Shown: positions 18,432 through 28,342 of the stretch, piece after piece | Layout of the letters: each line of letters begins with the position of its first letter | Numbering within the stretch: position 1 is the first letter of the stretch | Assembly (NCBI GenBank): GCA_964498125.1 | Contig: CAZCGE010000134.1 | Coordinates: 88,724 to 152,723 of the forward strand | Reading direction: 5' to 3' | Origin: an uncultured Devosia sp. | GTDB lineage: Bacteria; Pseudomonadota; Alphaproteobacteria; Rhizobiales; Hyphomicrobiaceae | Length of the DNA: 64,000 nt | Translations under genes and position numbers: made by a program | The notes under the pieces: model-generated | What the model saw: only the letters and a program-made list of their open reading frames with translations | Told to the model about the DNA's origin: nothing | Database searches by the model: none

Positions 18432-19439
18432 ATGACCATGAACGTCGCCGTTGCCGGCTTTGGCTGGTGGGGCAAGCAGATCGTCAAGAGCCTGGCGAAG
18501 ACGGACCGCATCAAGGTGGCCACCGTCGTCGATCCGATGCCGCCGGCCGATGCGCCGGAATTGGCCAAGGAGTATGGTTTCAAGCTCGAGTCGAAATTCG
18601 ACACCGTGCTGGCTGACAAGGGCATCGAGGGCTTGATTCTGACCACGCCCAACGCCTTCCACGAGGCGCAGACGATCGCCGGCTTCGCGGCCGGCAAGGC
18701 GGTGTTCTGCGAGAAGCCGCTGACCATGACCGGCGCCGGCGCCAGGCGCATGACCGAGGCTGCCACCAAGGCGGGCAAGGTGCTCGGCATCGGCCACGAG
18801 CGGCGCTATGAGCCCGCCTTCGAGGAGCTGTTCAAGATCGTCAACGATGGCCGCATCGGCCGGCTGCTGAGCATCGAGGCCAACGTCTCGCACAACCAGT
18901 TCCAGGCGCTCGACAAGAGCAATTGGCGCAAGGACCCGAAGATGTCGCCGGCCGGCATGTACACGGCCACCGGCATCCATATGACCGACATCTTCTGCGC
19001 CATGGCCGGCACGCCCGTGGAAGTGCGCGCGGAGACGGATACGCTGGTCTACGACAAGCCGATGGAGGATTACGTTCGGGCAAAAATCCTGTTCAAGTCG
19101 GGCGTCCGCGCCATGTTCTCGGCGCTCAGCTGCACGCCTTTTTACGGCCGCTTCACAGCCTACGGTGAAACCGGCTGGGTCGAAGTACAAAGCGAGGCCA
19201 ATGTCGACTGGAACCGGCCGACGCACTTGGTCGTCTCGACCAGGCCCGGCGAACGCACGACGACGACCAGTACCTTCAAGGTCGAGGACACGGTGACAGC
19301 GAATCTGATCGCCTGGGCCGACGCCAATCAGGGCAAGGGCAAGTACCGTTTCACGACAGACCACCTCGTTGACAACACCCGCATCTTCGAGGCGATCGTC
19401 AGGTCGGCGGGCCAGGGCGGCGCCGTGGTTAAATTGTGA
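18432..19439 (+). CDS. Gfo/Idh/MocA-family NAD(P)-binding oxidoreductase
   Basis: The product begins MTMNVAVAGFGWWGKQIVKSL and includes ...EKPLTMT... and GHERRYEPAFEEL. The ATG at 18432 is preferred over the one at 18411. Confidence 0.85.
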   Translation: MTMNVAVAGFGWWGKQIVKSLAKTDRIKVATVVDPMPPADAPELAKEYGFKLESKFDTVLADKGIEGLILTTPNAFHEAQTIAGFAAGKAVFCEKPLTMTGAGARRMTEAATKAGKVLGIGHERRYEPAFEELFKIVNDGRIGRLLSIEANVSHNQFQALDKSNWRKDPKMSPAGMYTATGIHMTDIFCAMAGTPVEVRAETDTLVYDKPMEDYVRAKILFKSGVRAMFSALSCTPFYGRFTAYGETGWVEVQSEANVDWNRPTHLVVSTRPGERTTTTSTFKVEDTVTANLIAWADANQGKGKYRFTTDHLVDNTRIFEAIVRSAGQGGAVVKL

Positions 19440-19460
19440 GGCGGGCCTTTCCCCGTCCGA

Positions 19461-20471
19461 TCACTTGACCTCCAGCTTCTTGATTCCCGCCAGTCGCGCC
19501 ATCTCGCCCTGATGGGGGATCTGGATGGCGATCTCCTTGCGGAATTCCTCCGGTGTCGTGCCCCAGACTTCGACGCCGAGCTCGGTCAACTGTTTGCGGA
19601 TCTTCTCATCCTTCAGCGCATCGACGATGGCCTTGTGCAAGATGGCGATGACCTCCCTCGGCAGGCCTGCCGGCCCCATGATGCCGTGCCAGACGATCGC
19701 CTCGAAGCCGGGGAAACCTGATTCCGCCACGGTCGGCACGTCCGGCAGCGCGCCCGAGCGCTTCAGCGAGGTCACCGCCAGCGGCCGGATCTGGCCGCCT
19801 TGGATCAGCGGGATCAGTGGTGAGGGCGGATTGAGACCGACCTGAATGTGATTGCCGACCACCGCCTGGATCACCTGGCCGGTGCCGCGATGCGGCACAT
19901 GGATCATCTCGAACTTGGCGTCGCGCTTCAACTGCTCGCCGCCGAAGTGGCTCGACGTGCCGACGCCGCCGGTGCCGTAGCTGAGCTTGCCCGGATTGGC
20001 CTTGGCGTAAGCCACGAACTCGGCCAAATTCTGCACCGGAACCGAGGGATGCACGAACAGCACGTTCGGCTGCTGGCCGACGATGCTGATCGGCTCGAAG
20101 TCCTTCTCGGGGTTGTAGCCGATGTTGTCGTAGATGAATTGGTTGCCGGCCAACATGTTGGTCGTGCCGAGGATCAACGTATAGCCGTCGGCCGGCTGGC
20201 GCGAGACATGCGCCGCGGCGATGCCGCCGCCGGCGCCGGCCTTGTTCTCGATGACGAACGGCTGCTTCAGCGCCTCCTCCAATTTCCTGCACAGAATGCG
20301 CGAGAGCACATCGCTCGGGCCGCCGGGTGCAAAGCCGATGACAAACGTGATCGGTTTCGTCGGGTAGGTCTGTGCGAGTGCCGCGGCTCCCGAACTGCAA
20401 AGCGCACCGATGCCGATGATCAGAGCCGCGGTGCGTCCCAAATGCTGCATCGTTTCTCTCCCTGGTGACAT
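19461..20471 (-). CDS. Bug/TctC-family periplasmic substrate-binding protein
   Basis: The 336 aa product has a signal peptide plus ...FVIGFAPGGPSDVLSRILC...IENKAGAGGGIAAAHV. Confidence 0.9.
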   Translation of the reverse strand: MSPGRETMQHLGRTAALIIGIGALCSSGAAALAQTYPTKPITFVIGFAPGGPSDVLSRILCRKLEEALKQPFVIENKAGAGGGIAAAHVSRQPADGYTLILGTTNMLAGNQFIYDNIGYNPEKDFEPISIVGQQPNVLFVHPSVPVQNLAEFVAYAKANPGKLSYGTGGVGTSSHFGGEQLKRDAKFEMIHVPHRGTGQVIQAVVGNHIQVGLNPPSPLIPLIQGGQIRPLAVTSLKRSGALPDVPTVAESGFPGFEAIVWHGIMGPAGLPREVIAILHKAIVDALKDEKIRKQLTELGVEVWGTTPEEFRKEIAIQIPHQGEMARLAGIKKLEVK

Positions 20472-20590
20472 GCCCGATCTGACGCCTTGCTTGGGCCGAC
20501 CGGAGCAATGCTTGCGGCAACGATGTCACACGCCAGCAAACACCACAAGAGCGTACCGGCTGCCTGTTGGCCCGCCATCGCCCTGCCCTC

Positions 20591-21538
20591 TCACCCCTGC
20601 AAATACCCCTTCTCCAGCATCACGTGCGAGCCGTTGTGGCCGTTGACCATCTGCGTGATGCGCAGATCGGCGGCAAGCGAGCAGAGGATGTAGGCGTCCT
20701 CGCGGTCGATGCCGCGACGGTCCGCAATCAGAGTGATCATGTCGCGCAGGGCGTTCTTGGCGGCCACGTCCAGATCCGGATCGAACGCCATCGTGATCAT
20801 GTGCGTCGGCGTCTCGGCGCGCGGCATCAGGAGCGTCATGTCGGTGCGCAGCGTCACCTTGAATGTGCCGCGCAGCGCCGTCTCGATGGCGGTCAGGCAC
20901 ACCTCGCCGTCGCCCTGCACGCCATGACCGTCGCCGATCGACAGCAGCGCGCCTTCAGTCAGTACGGGGAGATACAGCGTCGTCCCCGGCACCAGTTCCT
21001 TGTTGTCGAGGTTGCCGCCGTGGCGGCGAGGGATCATCGAGGTGATGCGGCCCCAAGACGCCGGTGGGGCTACTCCAATGTTGCCGAAAAACGGTTTCAG
21101 CATGATCTCGCCGCCCCACGGCAGCTTGGCTTTCCTGCCCTTGAGATCGATCGGAATGTGGTGCATGCGCGGTTCGGGGAAATCGCCGGCCAGCGCGCCA
21201 CCCAGCGGATGGATCAGCGCATAGCCCCACTCCTGGCGCGGCTCGACCGACAGGATATCGATCTGCAGCACGTGGCCGGGCTTGGCGCCTGTCACCGCCA
21301 CCGGTCCAGTCATGATGTGCGGGCCGATGCCAGAGCGCGCCACCTTGGCGTGGATGCCGGCATGCTCGGGCAGAATGGCGAGGTTCTTACTGGCCGCGGG
21401 AAGATGCTCGGGCCCGCCGCTGATCGACTCCAGCGTGATCTCATCGCCGCTGGCGATGGTCAGGATGGGTTTTTGCGTGGCGTCGAAATAGCCCCAGTGC
21501 ACCGTCTCCGGGGACGCTTTGAGGTCGTGTCGTGCCAT
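20591..21538 (-). CDS. Acetamidase/formamidase (FmdA_AmdA family)
   Basis: A GAGGATGA ribosome-binding-like site precedes the ATG at 21538. The product reads MARHDLKASPETVHWGYFD...GGNLDNKELVPGTTLYLPV...GDGHGVQGDGEV. The 408 aa six-frame ORF is an N-terminal over-extension. Confidence 0.85.
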   Translation of the reverse strand: MARHDLKASPETVHWGYFDATQKPILTIASGDEITLESISGGPEHLPAASKNLAILPEHAGIHAKVARSGIGPHIMTGPVAVTGAKPGHVLQIDILSVEPRQEWGYALIHPLGGALAGDFPEPRMHHIPIDLKGRKAKLPWGGEIMLKPFFGNIGVAPPASWGRITSMIPRRHGGNLDNKELVPGTTLYLPVLTEGALLSIGDGHGVQGDGEVCLTAIETALRGTFKVTLRTDMTLLMPRAETPTHMITMAFDPDLDVAAKNALRDMITLIADRRGIDREDAYILCSLAADLRITQMVNGHNGSHVMLEKGYLQG

Positions 21539-21581
21539 GCCGTCATCCTCATTGTTGTTGGGGGCAGGCCCCGCTTGCGAC

Positions 21582-24500
21582 CTACTCCGCCGCCATGCGC
21601 CGCAGCGTATATTGCGCCAGCATCGCACGCAGCGCAGCAGCCTTGAGCGGTTTGCGCAGCAGCCCGGCGCCCTGCCGCCGAATATCGCGCTGCACCTCGG
21701 GCGACTGATCGGCGGTGATGACGATGGCTGGGATGTGCCGGCCAGCACTGACCCTCGCCGCGGCGATGACGTCGAGGCCGACGCCCTGATCCAGGTGATA
21801 GTCAGCCAGGATTGCATCCGGCGGCTTGGCTTGCGCCGACAAAATGGCCAGCGCCTCGGCGAGACCGCCTGCCGGCAATACGATGCAGCCCCAGCCGCGC
21901 AGCAGCGTCACCATGCCGTCGAGCACAGCCGGCTCATTGTCGACGCACAACACTGTGATACCGGCGAGATTACCGGACACGGCGGGCGCGGCATGTGCCG
22001 AGGGTTCCCGACGCTCCTGCGCCGCGGCGCGCGGCAAAGCCACTGAGAATGTCGAGCCGCGCCCAGGCGCGGAGACGATGTGCACGGGGGCGCCCAGCAA
22101 ACGGCCGATGCGCTCGACGATGGAAAGGCCAAGCCCCAGCCCGCGGACCAGGTTCGCCGTCTCGTCGAGCCGCTGGAACTCCTTGAAAATAATGCTGTGC
22201 TTGTCCGCGGGAATGCCCGGTCCGGTATCTGCGACCATGATCAGGATTTCGCCGCCGCGCCGGCGCACACCCACCAGCACCCTGCCGGTGCGGGAGTATT
22301 TCACGGCATTCGATACCAGGTTCTGCAGCAGACGGCGCAACAGGCGCCGGTCCGACCGTACCCAGATCTTGGTCTCGACCACCCTCAACTCGAGATTGCG
22401 CTCGCCTGCCATGGGCTCGAATTCGACCTTCAGTTGCTCGAGGATATCGCCGAGGGAGAACTCGCTGATGTCCGGCTCGAGCCGGCCGGCATCCAGCCGC
22501 GAGATATCGATGAGGGTCGAGAAGATCTCTTCGACGGCCTCCAGCGAAGCATCGATGTTGCGCGCCAGCGTCGCCTCGCCCTTATCGAGCTGGCTCTCGG
22601 CCAGGCTCGCCGTATAAAGCCGCGCCGCGTTGAGCGGCTGCAGGATGTCGTGGCTTGCCGCGGCGATGAAACGTGTCTTGTCGAGGTTGGCGGCATCCGC
22701 CTTGGACTTGGCGACGGCGAGGGCCTGGTTCACCTGCAGCAGCTCAGTGGTCCGTTCAATGACGCGCCGCTCCAGCGTCTCGTTGGCCCGCGCCAGCGCC
22801 GTTGCCGCCGAAACGCGATCGGTGATGTCGGAATAGGTCGTGACGAAGCCGCCCTGCGGCATGGCTGCCGTGCGAATTTCCAGTATGCGGCCGCCATGAT
22901 TGATCCGCTCCTGGAATGTCTCCTTGGTGACCGAGAGCCGCATCAGCCGTTCCGCAATCAACGGCTCGACCGGACCATCGCCGAAGTCGCCGCGCTCCGC
23001 GCAGACGCGCAGGATACGTTCGAGTGGCACGCCGACGCGGCCGACATCGGCGGGCAGGTCGAGCAGCTCGCGGAACTGCCGGTTCCAGCAGACCAGCCGC
23101 AATTCCTTGTCGAACACGCTGAGCCCGTGTCGGACCTGATCAAGTGCCGACTGCAGCAAGTCGCGATTGTATTGCAACGCCTCGGAGGCATCGTCGAGCA
23201 GCTTCAGCGCCGACAGACTGCCGACGTTGTTGCGCCTGAGCAGCAGCGACAGAACGAGCCGCGCCGAGGCGGCACCGATGGCGCTGGTGAGCAGGTGCTC
23301 GGTGAAGCGCACGGTTTGGATATCGGCCTCGGCATGCGCCGGCAACTGACTGTTGCGGCTCGCCGCGTGCTCGGCGAACGAGCGCTCGGCGCGCTCATGG
23401 CCAAGATATCGCGCCACCGTGGTCTGCAGATCGTGCACCGTGATCGATGACCGCCAGATGCGGAACGCGGGCGCCGGCATCGGCCCTGGCGGCAGGTCAT
23501 CGTGCACGAACAGGTGTGCCTGAAGCCGCTCGATCGGCTCGGGCGCGCGCAGTAGCGAGACGATGACGAAGGCGGCGATATTGCCGGCCATGGAGAACAG
23601 CACGCCATGGGTCAGCGGCTCGAACTGCAGGAAGAACAAGGCTTGCGGCTTGAGAATGCCCAACGAAAGCGGACCCTCCGAGATCAGCGACGTCGACACC
23701 CAGCCAGCCTTGGCAACCCAGGGCAGCAGCAAGGTGTAGGCCCACAGCGCGAAACCCGTCAGCATGCCCGCTATCGCGCCGCGGGCCGTGCCGCGCCGCC
23801 AGACCAGACCGAGGAAGAACGCCGGCGCCAATTGCGCGATGGCGGCGAAGGCAACGAGGCCGATCGCCACCAGCTCCTGATTCTGGCCGATTGCACGGTA
23901 GACCGTATAGCCCAGCAGCAGAATGATGACGATGGCGACGCGGCGGATGACGAGCAACTTCACCGCCATATCTTCCTGCCGCTCGGTATCGGCCAAGCCG
24001 TTATTGAGCAGCAATGGAATGACAATGCCGTTGCACACCATGATGGCCAGCGCGATCGACTCCACGATCACCATGGCAGTGGCCGCCGACAGGCCGCCGA
24101 TGAAGGCGATCAGCGACAGGGTCGGTGAACCGGCGGCCAGCGGCAGCGAGAGCACATAAAAATCCGGGTCGGCCAGTCCCGAAGGCAGCACCATGATGCC
24201 GGCGGCGGCAATCGGCACCACGAACAGGTTGATCAGCACAAGGTAGGCCGGGAACAGCCAGGCCGCGCGGCGCACCTCCTTCTCGGAGTGGTTTTCGACC
24301 ACCGTGACATGGAACTGGCGTGGCAGCAGAATGATGCAGACGAACGACAGAAACGTCATCGTCAGCCATGTGCCGCCATTGAAACCCTGGCCGAATGTCG
24401 CCTGCACGTGCGGGTTGATGCGGGCGTTGGCGAGAAATTCTCCGACTCCGCCAAACATGGAGAAAACCACGAAAAAGCCGACGGCCAGGAAGGCCGCCAG

Positions 24501-25115
24501 CTTGATCAGCGACTCCGCGGCAATGGCCAGCATCAGTCCGTCCTGATGCTCGGTGGCATCGATGTGCCGCGTGCCGAACAGAATGGCGAAGGCAGCCAGC
24601 ACCAGCGTGATGACGAAGGCCGTGTCGGTGAGGCCGATGTTGGGCAGCGCCATCGGCACCAGCGGACTGCCGCCCAGCAGCGTCTCGACCGCGACGGCAA
24701 TGGCTTTGAGCTGCAGCGCGATGTAGGGCAGCGTGCCGACAACGGCGACAGTCGTGACGACCGCGGCCACCGCCTGGCTCTTGCCATAGCGGGCCGCCAG
24801 GAAATCGGCGATCGAGGTCAGATTCTGCGTCTTGGCCAGCCGCACGATGCGCAGCACCAGCGGCCAGCCCAATGCGAACATGAGAATCGGGCCGATGTAG
24901 ACCGGGATGAAATCGTACCCCGTCGAGGCGGCGCGCCCGACGCTGCCAAAGAACGTCCAGGACGTGCAATAGACGGCCAGCGACAGAGCATAGATCAGCG
25001 GCCTGCCAAGGCCGTCTCGGCCGGGGCTGAGCACCCGGTCGCCAGTCCAGGCCAGCGCGAACAGGGCACTGACGTACCCGAGCGCCACTGCAACGATCAA
25101 CCAACCCTCAAACAT
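21582..25115 (-). CDS. Hybrid sensor histidine kinase fused to an N-terminal sodium:solute symporter (SSF/SLC5) domain, followed by PAS, HisKA, HATPase_c and REC domains (CrbS/CbrA-like)
   Basis: The 1177 aa product has ~13 transmembrane helices N-terminally (MFEGWLIVAVALGYVSALF...), then ASHDILQPLNAARLY, G-boxes, and a C-terminal receiver (VLCVDNEPAVLDGM...ADYHLD). Confidence 0.9.
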   Translation of the reverse strand: MFEGWLIVAVALGYVSALFALAWTGDRVLSPGRDGLGRPLIYALSLAVYCTSWTFFGSVGRAASTGYDFIPVYIGPILMFALGWPLVLRIVRLAKTQNLTSIADFLAARYGKSQAVAAVVTTVAVVGTLPYIALQLKAIAVAVETLLGGSPLVPMALPNIGLTDTAFVITLVLAAFAILFGTRHIDATEHQDGLMLAIAAESLIKLAAFLAVGFFVVFSMFGGVGEFLANARINPHVQATFGQGFNGGTWLTMTFLSFVCIILLPRQFHVTVVENHSEKEVRRAAWLFPAYLVLINLFVVPIAAAGIMVLPSGLADPDFYVLSLPLAAGSPTLSLIAFIGGLSAATAMVIVESIALAIMVCNGIVIPLLLNNGLADTERQEDMAVKLLVIRRVAIVIILLLGYTVYRAIGQNQELVAIGLVAFAAIAQLAPAFFLGLVWRRGTARGAIAGMLTGFALWAYTLLLPWVAKAGWVSTSLISEGPLSLGILKPQALFFLQFEPLTHGVLFSMAGNIAAFVIVSLLRAPEPIERLQAHLFVHDDLPPGPMPAPAFRIWRSSITVHDLQTTVARYLGHERAERSFAEHAASRNSQLPAHAEADIQTVRFTEHLLTSAIGAASARLVLSLLLRRNNVGSLSALKLLDDASEALQYNRDLLQSALDQVRHGLSVFDKELRLVCWNRQFRELLDLPADVGRVGVPLERILRVCAERGDFGDGPVEPLIAERLMRLSVTKETFQERINHGGRILEIRTAAMPQGGFVTTYSDITDRVSAATALARANETLERRVIERTTELLQVNQALAVAKSKADAANLDKTRFIAAASHDILQPLNAARLYTASLAESQLDKGEATLARNIDASLEAVEEIFSTLIDISRLDAGRLEPDISEFSLGDILEQLKVEFEPMAGERNLELRVVETKIWVRSDRRLLRRLLQNLVSNAVKYSRTGRVLVGVRRRGGEILIMVADTGPGIPADKHSIIFKEFQRLDETANLVRGLGLGLSIVERIGRLLGAPVHIVSAPGRGSTFSVALPRAAAQERREPSAHAAPAVSGNLAGITVLCVDNEPAVLDGMVTLLRGWGCIVLPAGGLAEALAILSAQAKPPDAILADYHLDQGVGLDVIAAARVSAGRHIPAIVITADQSPEVQRDIRRQGAGLLRKPLKAAALRAMLAQYTLRRMAAE

Positions 25116-25442
25116 CGCCGACTCGCGATCAGGGAGCGTGTCCCTTGACAGATCCCAACGAAACGCCAGTGCGACTATAAAGCATTGCGGAGCAGATTTG
25201 CGCCGTAATGTCTAAAGATGCCGTTACAAGCCGATCCGGCGCATCGGCGATTGAACTCCATTCTCGACTCTGTACACTGACATTAAGCCTTGGAGGTCAA
25301 CGACGCGACCGCCATGGCCTGCTATGCCCGGCTTCGGGTGGGGTGCATGCGGCAAGGACGAAGGCTGTTGCGTCAAACGTCACCTGCCGTACCCTGAAAG
25401 TGGCGATACGCCAGACTGAAACAGTTCACGGGAGAACAAGCT

Positions 25443-25847
25443 ATGAGCCTTGCACAGGAATTCAAGGAATTCGCGATGAGAGGCAATGTCGTTGATCTCG
25501 CCGTCGGCGTGATCATGGGCGCCGCCTTCGGACCGATCGTGTCGACGCTGGTCGACAACATCATCATGCCGCCGATTGGCTACCTGATGGCCGGCATCGA
25601 CTTCTCCACCCTCGCCGCCGTCCTGCCGACGCCGACCGGCAAGGGCGTGGAAATCAAGTACGGCCTGTTCCTGAATGCCGTCATCAAGTTCCTCATCACC
25701 GCCTTCGCCATCTTCATGCTGGTCAAGGGCATCAACACGATGAAGGCGCGATTCGAGCAGGAAGCCGCCGCTGGCCCACCTCCCGCGCCACCTGCGACCG
25801 AAGTGCTACTGAAAGAGATTCGCGACGCGCTGCTGGCCAGGAAATAG
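25443..25847 (+). CDS. mscL: Large-conductance mechanosensitive channel
   Basis: The product begins [30 protein letters not shown]. Confidence 0.95.
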   Translation: MSLAQEFKEFAMRGNVVDLAVGVIMGAAFGPIVSTLVDNIIMPPIGYLMAGIDFSTLAAVLPTPTGKGVEIKYGLFLNAVIKFLITAFAIFMLVKGINTMKARFEQEAAAGPPPAPPATEVLLKEIRDALLARK

Positions 25848-26159
25848 CCGGTTTGTGGCGGCGGGAGCGTCCTGGACGCGGCTCCCGCCAGGCCCGCCGT
25901 AGGATTACCCGGCACGCGCGCTCCGGCTTGACGGGCGCCGGCAGGGCTGCCTGCCCAGTGCCGCACGGCTGCACGCTAAGCGGAGTTCGCAAAAGTGCGC
26001 CTCGCGGTTTTGCGATAAAACTCCTCTAAAACAAAGTCCTAAGTAGATGATTCGTTGGTCTTCCAACGAAAGTCTGCTTAGTGCATTCGGGTCATAGCCG
26101 GATGCGTCCAATTGCAGGCATACTGGCGGCCTCGTTCACCTCGAACTGGAGTTGTCGCC

Positions 26160-26423
26160 ATGATCCGCTTCATTGCCCCCATCGCGCTTGCCGCAGCACT
26201 GGCGTGCGCCCCGATTGCCGGCAGCGCCCAAGATGCCAAGGCTCCGGCCAAGGCCGCCGCCAAATCGTCATCGCCCAAAGCAGGGCCTGGCGAGAAGGTC
26301 TGCCGCTACAAATTTCCCGGCGGCGAGCAACGCGCGTGGGTGTGCAAGAAGGAAGAGCCGTGTTGCGCCTGGGATGCGATCAGCTACGTCAAGTGCGGCT
26401 CGACGATCACCGGCTGCCTGTGA
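26160..26423 (+). CDS. Small secreted Cys-rich protein (~87 aa), hypothetical
   Basis: Signal peptide MIRFIAPIALAAALACAPIAGSAQD, a Lys/Ala-rich linker, then six cysteines (CRYKF...CKKEEPCCAWDAISYVKCGSTITGC). Confidence 0.45.
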   Translation: MIRFIAPIALAAALACAPIAGSAQDAKAPAKAAAKSSSPKAGPGEKVCRYKFPGGEQRAWVCKKEEPCCAWDAISYVKCGSTITGCL

Positions 26424-26879
26424 GGCCACGCGCTGCTTGACGGCATCGCCTGCTTGGTTTCGCCGGAAGACCCTGCGAGCCGCGTCGGGGAGGGAGGTGT
26501 GTGGCGGTGCGGCCGCGCAAAGTCTTCCGGCGAAGTGGTGCGTCCACCGCGGCCTTAACCGGCGGCAGGACGTCGATAAAAGGCGAGCGGCAGAGAAGCG
26601 GGGAACCTCTGCCGCCCGTCCCGGAAAGTCGCACGAGGCGGCTTTCCAGAATCAATTCCGAAACAGCAACCCGTGATCAGGTTGCGCCACGCTCGCGCGG
26701 CATCCAACGGCGTTCGTTCGAATGCGAACGCAAACCTTTTCAATTGGCCCCCCACAGGCCCTAACCCTGGCTGCCGGCGAATCGGGCGTACCTTCCGTCC
26801 TGATCCTCTGCCAGCTTGGCGCCGGTGAGCCGCTGCGGCTGCTTCAAGCACCGCGATGCGGCTCGGCGACGGATGAGTG

Positions 26880-27200
26880 TTTCGCTTTTAACCGTGTTGG
26901 TTTAATGATCGAAATACGCCAACACCATGAACTTGCTTCAAATAAATGAAACAATCCGCAACACATCCGGTCAATTCATGCGCTGCATTGTGCTCATTTG
27001 TGAAAAAATAAACCGGGGCTTTGGTTATTTTAATTGCGAGTTTAATTCCGGGATTTGGCTGCAATTTAAGTACCAGTTCAGTCCAGCGCCAACACTGGTG
27101 ACGACCGCGCCCATCGACAGTCGGCCGGCAGACGAATTGAAAATGTCGTCGCCAAAATTGTTGCACAAAGATTCGATGCGTATGCTGAGAAAACTCCGAA
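26880..27200. other. AT-rich (~42% GC) non-coding island within an ~820-bp gene-free region
   Basis: Composition drops sharply relative to the ~65% GC flanks. There are no convincing ORFs on either strand. Confidence 0.5.
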
Positions 27201-27245
27201 AAAGAAGCGAACCGATGACGCGGCATCGGCGCGGGCCCCGACCGC

Positions 27246-27691
27246 TCACAAGTGCCGCACCTGCAATGCACCGTCCCAGTGCGTGTTCAGATAGTCGCAG
27301 ACGACGCGGCGATGGCAATGATGCGGCTCGGCCTCCGAGCACAGCAGGCAGGCGCCGTCGAGTTGGGCGCGATCGAGCCTGGTCTCGATCCGCCGCTCCT
27401 GCATCAGCTGGCGGAATTGAGCTTCATAGCGGTCCCAGGCCGTCTCGCCTTTGCGATAGCCCTTGAGGATCTCGTCGGTCGGCGCCAACAGCGGCTCGTG
27501 GCGGTAGCCGATCCCGCCGATGCGCTCGAGAAAGAAGGCGAGGTCGTCGGACTTGGCGAAGCCCGCGAGCTGCGACGTGTTGTGCAGGCGCACGTCGACC
27601 ACCTGCCTGACGCCGGCGGCCTGCAGCCGCTCGAAGAAGCTCTTCGCCGTGGTCTGCGTGAAGCCGATGGTGAAGACGCGGCCCTTGCTCA
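27246..27691 (-). CDS. DUF488 (YeaO-like) family protein
   Basis: The product reads MSKGRVFTIGFTQTTAKSFFERLQAAGVRQVVDVRLHNTS...GIGYRHEPLLAP. Its start codon overlaps the stop of the upstream DUF488 paralogue (ATGA). Confidence 0.8.
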
Positions 27692-28327
27692 TGGCGCGCC
27701 ACCAACGTCCACGGCGCCGGCACGTTCCACAGTCTCGCTGAACGCCACCTTGGCGCCCCATTCGCGATAGGCCAGCTCCAGCCGCTCCTCGCGGGTCGCA
27801 AACAGGTCCGAGGCGGCGCGTCCGGTCATTTCCAGCAGGCTCGCCTCGATCGCTTCGTGCGTCGCTTGAGCGCCGTCGCCGAGAATGTGCCGCACGGCGA
27901 TGCCGCGCTGCCACAGGCGCCGGCCGACCAGCAGGCAGCGATGGCAATCCAGCGGGTCCTTCTCCGAGCACAGCATGCAGATGCGATGCCGCCCCGCACC
28001 CTCGATCAGCCGCCCGATGCCGTGCGCAAATACTGGCGCGGCGGCCATGCGCTCGTAGTCGGCGACACCATTCCTGTACATGCCGCGGCCCTCCGGCCTG
28101 CCGCCCAGCTCCTTGCCGAGAAAGACATAAGCGATGCCGGCTTCGCGCAGCGATTTCTCCAGCGTGTCCCTACCGAACTGCGGCAAATACCGGGAATGAG
28201 GCGAGGACCTGACGTCCGCGATCGCTGTGATCCCGGCACCGCGCAGCAGGGCGAGAAACACGTCAAACGTGTGCGCCGAGTGGCCGATGGAAAATACGGT
28301 GGTCGGTTGCTGTGTGGTCATGCCCAT
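27689..28327 (-). CDS. DUF488 family protein (longer paralogue)
   Basis: The 212 aa product reads VFSIGHSAHTFDVFLALLRGAGITAIADVRSSPHSRY...IAYVFLGKELGGRP. Confidence 0.8.
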   Translation of the reverse strand: MGMTTQQPTTVFSIGHSAHTFDVFLALLRGAGITAIADVRSSPHSRYLPQFGRDTLEKSLREAGIAYVFLGKELGGRPEGRGMYRNGVADYERMAAAPVFAHGIGRLIEGAGRHRICMLCSEKDPLDCHRCLLVGRRLWQRGIAVRHILGDGAQATHEAIEASLLEMTGRAASDLFATREERLELAYREWGAKVAFSETVERAGAVDVGGAP

Positions 28328-28342
28328 GCCAAGCTCCGCCTC

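Noticed and set aside
22080-23450. 456 aa plus-strand ORF
   Set aside because: Antisense to the SSF-fused hybrid kinase.
25116-25442. Possible sigma-70 promoter TTGACA...TATAAA upstream of mscL
   Set aside because: The spacer is ~25 bp, far from the 17 bp optimum, so not reported as a feature.
26888-27466. ORFs of 127-179 aa spanning the AT-rich core
   Set aside because: Composition and codon usage are atypical. They overlap each other on both strands without homology. The region is more likely non-coding.
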